Source: Propionibacteriaceae bacterium
GTDB lineage: Bacteria > Actinomycetota > Actinomycetes > Propionibacteriales > Propionibacteriaceae
Assembly (NCBI GenBank): GCA_905372155.1
Contig: CAJPNZ010000002.1
Span: 22,955-86,954, forward strand
Direction of reading: 5' to 3'
DNA: 64,000 nt
The translations under genes and the position numbers were made by a program. Position 1 is the stretch's first letter, and the number at the start of each line of letters is the position of its first letter. The notes under the pieces are model-generated. The model had not been told where the DNA came from. It saw only the letters and a list, made by a program, of their open reading frames with translations, and made no database searches. Shown here in pieces: positions 51,733 through 59,656 of this stretch.

Positions 51733-52482
51733 TCATCGCTTCACTGCCAAATAGCCTTCGAAATTTAAATATTTCATTATGAGAGAGACCTGAGCGAATC
51801 CACTTGACTTCAACATATTTTTCACATTTTTTCGAGTTTCTGGCTTGATTACGCCGTACACGCTTTCAGATTTCAGCGCGATCTGTTCATGAGTCAGTCC
51901 ATGAAATCGCTTGAATCTCGAATACAAGAGCCCCACAAGATCCTGCATGAACCCATCAGTTTGCAGCGTTTTCTCATAGATAAACATAGCCCCACCCTCG
52001 CGTAGGCTCTTGAAAACTTTTCCATACAAATTTCTTCGTTCCCAACGAGTCAGGAACTGCGCGGTCAAGAAATCGATAACAAAATCGCAGCGCTCAAATT
52101 CGAACTTGCGAATATCGTCGCATACAAGTTCGATGTTGTCGAAGGAGCGACAAGCTTCACTAGCCTTCTCTATCATTTCAGGTTCACAGTCTATCCCGAC
52201 CCAATGAGCCGAGGCTGTTCTCGCATTATGGGAAGCCAGCCGACGGACGAGTTCCCCTGTGGAAACTCCTATCTCATATCCGCAACCGCCAGGCATCATG
52301 AAACAGCTGGCCAATTCCGCTGCCATAAAATGGCCCATATCATACAGCGGAACTGATTTACGCACATGCGAAACAAATGAGTCGGCGACGCCATTCCCAA
52401 AATTCCAGACTCCATCAGCCACGCGAATCTCGGTATCCACTTCGCGCAGAGTAGACCCAGAACGTGGAAGGATGTCAGACAT
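51733..52482 (-). CDS. CmoA-like SAM-dependent enzyme
   Basis: WNF...VADSF..HVRKSVPLY, YEIGVSTG, FLTAQFL...R, GGAMFIYEK, FKRFHG and YLNFEGYLAVK follow the CmoA pattern. Confidence 0.75.
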   Translation of the reverse strand: MSDILPRSGSTLREVDTEIRVADGVWNFGNGVADSFVSHVRKSVPLYDMGHFMAAELASCFMMPGGCGYEIGVSTGELVRRLASHNARTASAHWVGIDCEPEMIEKASEACRSFDNIELVCDDIRKFEFERCDFVIDFLTAQFLTRWERRNLYGKVFKSLREGGAMFIYEKTLQTDGFMQDLVGLLYSRFKRFHGLTHEQIALKSESVYGVIKPETRKNVKNMLKSSGFAQVSLIMKYLNFEGYLAVKR

Positions 52483-53245
52483 GCGATCCCGCTTTCCGAT
52501 ACACCCTGATCATTGAAGGCGATGAGTCCATGAGTGGGGAACACTTCCAGTCGGAATAGGCGTTTTCCATCACCAAACCCACAGAAGCAGCGATCTCATC
52601 CAACCTGCTGGTTGCGATATAGTGAGAAGCCGTTGTGTGTACGCGCGGAGATTCATTATCAACCAAGAAGATCAAACTGTTCAGAACCACCTGCTCCCAA
52701 GGACGATGGATCTCTCCATTAAGAATGGTAGTTGCGCGATCGATCTTCAAGGTCCCCAATCCGCCGGAGCTGAACGGATATCCCTCCGGATGCATGCCTT
52801 CTATGATAAAACGCCCTCCCGCTTGCAGATGCTCAGCAGCACGCTCGAAACAGCGAAGCTTCAACTCTTCTGAAAGCAACATTTGAAGGCCCCAAGAAAT
52901 GAAGTAGACCAGATCGAATTTCAAACCTTCGAAAGTAAAATCTGTGACATCACCCAAGGTAGCTTGTACCCGCTCTCCCCCCTCCTTGGCGCGCAGTTCC
53001 CGCAGCATGCCTTCGGATGTGTCGATGCCGTGAAGAGTTCGACAATATGACGCGAGCGGGATAGCGACTCTTCCACTCCCAACTCCCAACTCCAAAACAT
53101 CGCCACCATCTGCCCAGCCCGCCAAGCACTGAACCGCCAAATCCGTGTCGGGTCTTTTTGCGAAGTAGATCTGCCACAGGCGCGACCACTCATCACCGTA
53201 GACGTAGTCATTGATCGCATGAACGTCAACGTGCGGATCTATCAC
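52475..53245 (-). CDS. Class I SAM-dependent methyltransferase
   Basis: VLELGVGSGRVAIPLA, GIDTSEGML, GDV, FDLVY, HLQAGGRFIIE. Confidence 0.9.
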   Translation of the reverse strand: MIDPHVDVHAINDYVYGDEWSRLWQIYFAKRPDTDLAVQCLAGWADGGDVLELGVGSGRVAIPLASYCRTLHGIDTSEGMLRELRAKEGGERVQATLGDVTDFTFEGLKFDLVYFISWGLQMLLSEELKLRCFERAAEHLQAGGRFIIEGMHPEGYPFSSGGLGTLKIDRATTILNGEIHRPWEQVVLNSLIFLVDNESPRVHTTASHYIATSRLDEIAASVGLVMENAYSDWKCSPLMDSSPSMIRVYRKAGSHV

Positions 53246-53272
53246 GATTTCCCCCCAGGACGATCCAATTTA

Positions 53273-53291
53273 TTAGGCATGCCTGACCATA
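53273..53291. promoter_or_regulatory. Putative DtxR/IdeR-type iron box overlapping the -10 of the biosynthetic operon
   Basis: TTAGGCATGCCTGACCATA matches 15/19 positions of TWAGGTWAGSCTWACCTWA. Confidence 0.65.
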
Positions 53292-53314
53292 GCGCTATAG
53301 AGGATCGTTGTCAA
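53286..53314 (-). promoter_or_regulatory. SigA-type promoter of the RiPP operon
   Basis: On the minus strand: TTGACA (53314-53309), 17 bp, then TATGGT (53291-53286). Confidence 0.75.
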
Positions 53315-53412
53315 CATCACGATGACGCTCCCGTGCAGTCTCCGGAGGGGTAGGGGTCGTGCCTCAACATGGCTCCCCCCCCGGACGTGGTGGGGACGGG
53401 CCAGGATGGGGG

Positions 53413-54084
53413 ATGAACACGAAGGAACTGTCGTTGGCCGCCAGGGTCAAGATCACGAAGAAGTACGCGCAGGCGTGTGCTGCTGCACCCGGGAAGGATC
53501 AAAACAGCGATCCTGGATCAGGTGGCGGAGGTCACGGACTGGAACCGGGACCGTACCCAGCAGCAATTTGCTCGCCCAGCTGAAACAACCTCCAGGCCGG
53601 GCGGTGACCACCACGACGATGATCGATCAGCGGAAGACACGGGGCCATGAGCGCTCCTCCGACGCACAGCCGGTGCTGCAGAAGGCTTGGGCCGTTTCGG
53701 ATGATAGTTGCAGACAGTACCTTGCAGCGGCGATGACCGACTGACTCGACGCGATGGAAACCGAAGAAACACTGACACCCGGAATCTGTGCCCGGTATCT
53801 GCGCCCCGGAGGACCCACGCCGAACCCGGATTCTTCGAGGTCGACACCGTGGCTCACTGCGGCCCCGCCCTGAACGGCCTGCTGGAGCGTGTACTTCGCC
53901 GACATGCGCACCGACCAGGTGTTCACCACCGCGATCCGTAACAATGCCCACGTCCACATCCGGGTCGTGTTCGACTCGTTCGTCGAACAAATCCCCTACC
54001 CGGTCACCGGTATCGACTGCGACAACGGCTCCGAGTTCATCAACCATGCCCTCATCGGCTGGGCCGCCACTCGTGTGGGAGTGA
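53413..54084 (+). pseudogene. Degraded transposase (integrase-core/DDE type)
   Basis: Frameshifted pieces: MNTKELSLAAR..ITKKYA, ILDQVAEVTDWNRD, PGFFEVDTVAHCG, GIDCDNGSEFINH. Confidence 0.8.
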
Positions 54085-54122
54085 CGGCGCACGGTGTTGT
54101 AACGAGTCAGCCATTTGAAGCT

Positions 54123-54703
54123 CTAACGGCGGCAGGTAGCCTCGTCGGGCCAAGTGCGCTGGCCCATGAAAACCTCACGTTTGAAGGTGGCATTGAAGGA
54201 CTCGGCCAGCGCGTTGCCCGCGCTGGTGCCGACGGCTCCCATGAACTGGGTCACACCCAAGGCCTTGCAGGCAGCGGCGAAGGCCTTGGAAGTGTAGATG
54301 CTGCCGTGGTCGGAGGCCTCGGCCGTGAAGTCACCTTTGAACAGGTCGGGGTGTTTCACACAGGTTTGATCCAGCACGGCGGTGCGTACCCTGGGTTCCC
54401 GCCGGTAGCCGGTGATACCCCGCAACACGCATCAGACGAGCGACTCGTTATACGGTTCATCCACCGGGAGAGCTCCCGGAACCTGCCGTTGAGTTCGGCG
54501 GTGATCCTGGGCGTCCCCATGGCCGGGGCGGTTTCGTGGACCACGCGTATCTGCTCAGTCAGGGCCGCATCAGCAACTGCCCGCCCCTGACGTTTCGACC
54601 CCCTGTCGTAGTAGGACGAGCGTCCCACCTCCAGCAGCTCACACAGCCACTTCACCTCACAGCTGTCCCGGTGGTCCTCGACGAACCGGAAGCGGCTCAC
54701 CAC
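54123..54703 (-). pseudogene. IS3-family transposase OrfB remnant
   Basis: SRFRFVEDHR...KWLCELLEVGRSSYY, GTPRITAEL, SDHGSIYTS..F, NALAESFNATFKRE; frameshifted and internally deleted. Confidence 0.85.
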
Positions 54704-55117
54704 TTCGCCTCCCCCGCGGATGGAGTGCTTCGCCGCTTCAGGACTGAGGGTCGCTTACACGCAAGCCTGACAATCGACACAAGCCTCCGCTGCGGTCGCG
54801 CTGAACTTCCAGGTCTCGGAGTTTCGCAAGACCTTGCCCGGCGATGACCCTGCCCAAACTGTCTGAGCAGTCGCTACGACAACGGTCGGAACAGATCCAC
54901 GGCCTGTTGGCCGCCAAATGCCAAACGCTTGGCCTGTCAAATGATACGCACCGATGATGAGTGGACATCAGATTGCGGAGCAGTGTTAGCTGCGATGTCT
55001 GAGGCTGTTGCTTCCCAGTACGGGCAGCCCTCGCCGTATCTCCAAGAACTGATACGACGTTATCTCTGCCAGTCCATGCCTTCCATCCCTTTCCAAACAG
55101 TTCAGCCCCGCGCCTCT

Positions 55118-55189
55118 CCGCTGGCCCAGGCGACGACCGAACAGGTTGCCGAACGCATCACCAGGGCGAGGGCCTGGCTCAGGCGCTGA
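55118..55189 (+). repeat. Direct repeat copy 2 (attR-like)
   Basis: Duplicate of the helicase 3' end (encodes PLAQATTEQVAERITRARAWLRR*); 2 mismatches to 41802-41873. Confidence 0.95.
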
Positions 55190-55274
55190 TCGCCGGCACT
55201 GGACCGGTCGGCGGGCCCCGGCTGACACGGCCGGGAGTCGCGTCTTTCGGCTCGCCCGCCACTACGCTTGGGGC

Positions 55275-56075
55275 ATGAGCGATGACCCCAAGAAGATGGC
55301 GCGCGAGGCAGTCGAGTTCCTCTACTCCCGTTTCGACGTGGACCGCATCGACCTGGCGCTGGTGCTGGGTTCCGGCTGGTCCGCCGGGGCCGGTCAGCTG
55401 GGTGAGGGACTCGGTGAGATCACGCTCGGCGCGGTGCCGGGTTTCAGCGCGCCCGTGGTGAAGGGGCACGATGGTGTCCTGAAACTGGTCCGAACCACGG
55501 GCGGCAGGATTGCCGCGGTCCTGACGGGACGCACCCACTACTACGAGGGCAGAGGGGTCGACCCGGTGGTCCACGGGGTGCGCACCGTCGCCGCCTGGGG
55601 AGCATCCACTCTGGTTCTCACCAACGGTTGCGGCGGGTTGAACCCGGCTTGGGCGCCGGGCACCGTGGTGCTGATCCGCGACCACATCAACCTGACCGGG
55701 GCCACCCCGCTGAGAGGAGCCACCTTCATCGACATGACCGACGCCTACCCGGACCGGCTGCGTTACCTGGCCCGGACCGTTGACCCGGGACTTCCCGAGG
55801 GCGTCTACGTGCAGTTCCGCGGCCCCCAGTACGAAACCCCCGCCGAGGTGCGGATGGCGGGGTTGCTGGGGGGAGACCTGGTCGGGATGTCGACCGCGCT
55901 CGAGACCATCGCCGCCCGAGAGGCCGGGCTGGATGTGCTGGGGCTCTCCTTGGTGACCAACGCCGCCGCGGGTTTGACGACGGCGGGACTCGACCACGCC
56001 GAGGTGCTGCAGGCCGGGCGCGACGCCGGGCCGCGGCTGGCCTCGTTGCTGGCGGGAATAGTGAGTGTGTTGTGA
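55275..56075 (+). CDS. punA: Purine-nucleoside phosphorylase
   Basis: LVLGSGW, GRTHYYEG, LTNGCGGL, GPQYETPAE, VGMSTALE, SLVTN. Confidence 0.93.
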   Translation: MSDDPKKMAREAVEFLYSRFDVDRIDLALVLGSGWSAGAGQLGEGLGEITLGAVPGFSAPVVKGHDGVLKLVRTTGGRIAAVLTGRTHYYEGRGVDPVVHGVRTVAAWGASTLVLTNGCGGLNPAWAPGTVVLIRDHINLTGATPLRGATFIDMTDAYPDRLRYLARTVDPGLPEGVYVQFRGPQYETPAEVRMAGLLGGDLVGMSTALETIAAREAGLDVLGLSLVTNAAAGLTTAGLDHAEVLQAGRDAGPRLASLLAGIVSVL

Positions 56076-57718
56076 CCGCCCGGGATGCGGCCCGTTCCTG
56101 GTTGGCCGCCGACCCTGACCCGGACACCCGCGCCGAACTCGAGGAACTGCTGGGGGCGGCCGATTCCGGGGATCCGGGAGCCTCGGAAGCCATCGAGGAC
56201 GCTTTCCTTGGCCCATTGGTCTTCGGCACGGCCGGACTCAGGGGCCGGATGGGGGCCGGACCGAACCGCATGAACCGCCTGGTGGTTGCCCAGGCCGCGA
56301 TTGGCTTGGCCGACTGGCTGGAGGAACACGGCCACGCCGGCGGGCAGGTGCTGGTCGGCCACGACGCCCGCCACAAGTCCGAGGAGTTCGCCCGCGACAC
56401 CGCGGAGATCCTGGCCGGGGCGGGTTTCAAAGTGCTGCTCACGGGAACACCAGTCCCGACCCCCCTGGTTTCCTTCGGTATCCGCCGATACGGCTGCGTC
56501 GCGGGGATCGTCGTGACGGCCTCCCACAACCCGGCCGCCGACAACGGCTACAAGGTCTATCTCGGTGACGGGTCGCAGATCATCCCGCCGACGGACACAC
56601 AGATTGCCGCCCGCATTGCCGCCCACCCCATCGATTCTCTCGCCCGGCTTCCGCGCAGTGACTCGTACAGGGTGATGTGTGACCAGATCACCCGCGACTA
56701 CGTGGCCCGGGGCGCCGGTCTCGTCCCGGAGGGGGCCGCCCGTGAGATCACCTGGGTGCACACCGCGATGCACGGTGTGGGGGCCCGCACCCTCCGGGAA
56801 CTGACCAGAGCGGCGGGGTTCCCTCCCGCCCACGAGGTTCCCGAACAGGCCGAACCGGATCCGGACTTCCCCACCGTCGCCTTCCCGAACCCGGAGGAAC
56901 CGGGTGCGATCGACATGGCCCTGGCGCTGGCCGGGAGAACCGGGGCCGATCTGGTGGTGGCGAATGACCCCGACGCCGACAGGTGCGCGGTCGCCGCTGT
57001 CGTCGACGACCGGTGGCGGATGCTGACGGGCGACGAGCTGGGCCTGCTGCTCGCGGACCACATGATCCGGCGAGGCGCGAAGGGGGTGCTGGCCAGTTCG
57101 GTGGTCTCCTCCGGCGCCCTCGCCGCACTGGCCGCCGCGAGGGGACGAGATCACGTCACCACCCTCACGGGTTTCAAGTGGATCGGGAGGGTTCCGGATC
57201 TAGCCTTCGGCTACGAGGAGGCCATCGGCTACTGCTGTGATCCCGGAGCGGTCCCGGACAAGGACGGCCTGACCGCGGCCCTGATGGTTCTCGAACTGGC
57301 CGCCGGGTTGCGGGCCGAGGGCCTCACCCTGGCTGACCGGTTGGACGAGCTGACCGCCGAGCTGGGGCTCCACGCCACATCCCAGTTGGCGATCCGCGTC
57401 AGTGATCTCTCCCTGATCGCCGACGCCATGGCCAGACTGCGCGAGAACCCACCCACTTCCCTCCTACACGTGCCCGTCTCCTACCGCGACTTGGCGGAGG
57501 GCACATCCGGGCTTCCCCCGACCGACGCGGTGGAGCTGTCCGGCGACGAGGTGCACGTGGTGGTGCGCCCGTCCGGAACCGAACCGAAGCTGAAATGCTA
57601 CCTGGAGGTGCGGTTCACACCCGAGAGGTCTCGGGTGGGCGCGGCTGCCAGACTGGCCGCCGAGATCCGGATGATGGCGCTTCGGGGGCAGATGCAGTCC
57701 GTTCTCGGCCTGGGCTGA
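56072..57718 (+). CDS. Phospho-sugar mutase (PGM/PMM family)
   Basis: FGTAGLRG, TASHNP, DPDADR, GYEEA, RPSGTEPKLK. Confidence 0.94.
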   Translation: MTARDAARSWLAADPDPDTRAELEELLGAADSGDPGASEAIEDAFLGPLVFGTAGLRGRMGAGPNRMNRLVVAQAAIGLADWLEEHGHAGGQVLVGHDARHKSEEFARDTAEILAGAGFKVLLTGTPVPTPLVSFGIRRYGCVAGIVVTASHNPAADNGYKVYLGDGSQIIPPTDTQIAARIAAHPIDSLARLPRSDSYRVMCDQITRDYVARGAGLVPEGAAREITWVHTAMHGVGARTLRELTRAAGFPPAHEVPEQAEPDPDFPTVAFPNPEEPGAIDMALALAGRTGADLVVANDPDADRCAVAAVVDDRWRMLTGDELGLLLADHMIRRGAKGVLASSVVSSGALAALAAARGRDHVTTLTGFKWIGRVPDLAFGYEEAIGYCCDPGAVPDKDGLTAALMVLELAAGLRAEGLTLADRLDELTAELGLHATSQLAIRVSDLSLIADAMARLRENPPTSLLHVPVSYRDLAEGTSGLPPTDAVELSGDEVHVVVRPSGTEPKLKCYLEVRFTPERSRVGAAARLAAEIRMMALRGQMQSVLGLG

Positions 57719-57779
57719 GGGACTCCACCAACCCCGAGGCACGGTCCGCCTGCACCCGGAGACCTCTACTCTGGGAATC

Positions 57780-59636
57780 ATGCGTAGGTTGTTCAGAGGG
57801 TTGTTCCTCGTCATCACGGTGGTTCTCGTGGGACTGGCGAACAGCCCACAGGCATGGGCCAAGGAGTCGGCTCCGGTCAACTGGTGGAAAGTGAACGTCA
57901 ACCTCACCAGCGACGGGGTGGCCCACGTCGAGGCCGAACTGGAAATGGATTTCTCCAAGGTCAATGGGCGGGGACCCGTTTTCTCCTTCACCGAGAAACA
58001 GCGGACCGGCAACGAGGGTGAATGGTTGAATTTCGGAATCTCCAACATTCAGGTGAGTTCCCCCAGCGGCGCCAACTCCGAAACGAAAATCACCCGTGGG
58101 AATGGAACGTTGGGCGTCCGGGTGGGTGAGAAGGACACCGTGTACTCCACCCCACAGACCTACCGGATCAGCTACGAGGTCACCGGTTTGATCGCCACCA
58201 ACCATGCGGTGAGCGGTCTGGACGAATTCAACTGGAACGTCATGAACGGCTGGGAGTCGGAGATCAGGAATTTCCAGGTCACCGTAACCGGCCCGGCGAC
58301 AATTTCAAAGGTCGCCTGCTGGCAGGCCAAGGAACTGCACACACCCTGCGAATCCAATTCCAGCGGCGCCAGCGCCTCATACACGGTGGACAGGATTCCG
58401 GCCGGCAATCCGGTCCAGGTGGTCGCGGGATTCCCGGCAGGCACCTTTCCCGGGGTCACCCAGAAAGTGACGAAGGACCCCACCCTCTCGGAGCTCCTCT
58501 CCGAGACGTACTCGCTCACCCCGGCCACGGGGATAACCACCACGCTGCTCGGGGCGGGAGCCGTGGCGGGGTTGTTGTCAATGAGAAACCGGAAAGCCCG
58601 CGACGAGGTGTTTCTCGGTCTCACCCCGGGGCTGACCCCGGCCGCCGGGGCCGCCGCCGAGGTGGGCAAACGCCGCGGCAGGGCAAACGTCGCCGTCGCC
58701 TTCCAGCCGCCCGAGGGAGCCCTTCCGGGAGAGATCGGCACCCTTACCGACGCCACCGCGGATGCCGTGGACATCTCCGCGACCATCATCGATCTGGCCG
58801 TCCGCGGCTATCTCGTGATGACCGCTCTCCCGGGCAGGAATCACCAACTGACCCGCAGCAAGCGGAAACTCGATGACCTGACGAACTACGAGAAACAGCT
58901 CATGGTCGACATCTTCAAGGCCGGCAAGACGGTCACCCTGGATCAGCTTCGGAACAAACGCTACGCCGGGACGCAGAACAGGGCGCGAAACAACCTATAC
59001 AAGCGGGTGATCTCACGCAAATGGTTCCACGACGACCCGCAAAAGGCACGTAAATCCGCGCTCAGGCTGGGTATTTCCCTCACCGTCGCGGGGCTGGTGG
59101 GCAGCCTGTTCGTGGGGTTGGCAACCGGTTGGGGTCTCATTCTCCTGCCGGTCGCGCTGTTCGGCATCGGGCTGATCTTCTTGGCTCCCCGGTTCGGGAC
59201 CCGCACGGCCCAAGGTTCCGCGGTGCTGGCCCAGGCACGAGGTTTCGAGCTGTACCTGCGCACCGCAGAGAAGGAGCAACTGCGATTCGAAGAAGGCGTC
59301 GACATCTTCAGCCGTTACCTTCCCTATGCCATGATCTTCGGCATCGTCGACCGCTGGACGAAACTGTTCGCCAAACTCGGGAACGAAGGCAGCTATCAGG
59401 TCGACACGTCCTGGTATCAAGGAATGGATCTGTATCACTCGACGGGCATGTTCTACGCGAGCCTGAACAGTTTCTCCCACGACTTCTCACGTTCCCTGTC
59501 GTACGCCACCTTCGCCGAGAAGGCGGCCCAGAGGGCTCAAGCAGCGCAGTCGTCCTCAAGCGGTTCCTCCGGGGACTCGGGCTTCTCCGGGGGTGGCGGG
59601 TTCTCCGGCGGCGGTTTCAGCGGAGGCTCCTGGTGA
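57780..59636 (+). CDS. DUF2207-like membrane protein (paralogue 1)
   Basis: Signal peptide, YRISYEV, FNWNV, ATIIDLAVRGYL, FSRYLPYAMIFG, Gly/Ser-rich tail GGGFSGGSW. Confidence 0.85.
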   Translation: MRRLFRGLFLVITVVLVGLANSPQAWAKESAPVNWWKVNVNLTSDGVAHVEAELEMDFSKVNGRGPVFSFTEKQRTGNEGEWLNFGISNIQVSSPSGANSETKITRGNGTLGVRVGEKDTVYSTPQTYRISYEVTGLIATNHAVSGLDEFNWNVMNGWESEIRNFQVTVTGPATISKVACWQAKELHTPCESNSSGASASYTVDRIPAGNPVQVVAGFPAGTFPGVTQKVTKDPTLSELLSETYSLTPATGITTTLLGAGAVAGLLSMRNRKARDEVFLGLTPGLTPAAGAAAEVGKRRGRANVAVAFQPPEGALPGEIGTLTDATADAVDISATIIDLAVRGYLVMTALPGRNHQLTRSKRKLDDLTNYEKQLMVDIFKAGKTVTLDQLRNKRYAGTQNRARNNLYKRVISRKWFHDDPQKARKSALRLGISLTVAGLVGSLFVGLATGWGLILLPVALFGIGLIFLAPRFGTRTAQGSAVLAQARGFELYLRTAEKEQLRFEEGVDIFSRYLPYAMIFGIVDRWTKLFAKLGNEGSYQVDTSWYQGMDLYHSTGMFYASLNSFSHDFSRSLSYATFAEKAAQRAQAAQSSSSGSSGDSGFSGGGGFSGGGFSGGSW

Positions 59637-59656
59637 CCGGAAGGGATCGGTTGGGC

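Larger units (their letters stand above)
41874..55189. mobile_element. Genomic island integrated at the helicase 3' end, carrying a YcaO RiPP cluster and metal-uptake ABC system
   Basis: 72-bp flanking direct repeats, visibly more AT-rich sequence than the flanks, IS remnants at the right end. No intact integrase seen. Confidence 0.9.

Noticed and set aside
54929..55189. 86-aa ORF ending like the helicase C-terminus
   Set aside because: Explained by the att-like direct repeat; the upstream part is unrecognisable, so it is not a second helicase.
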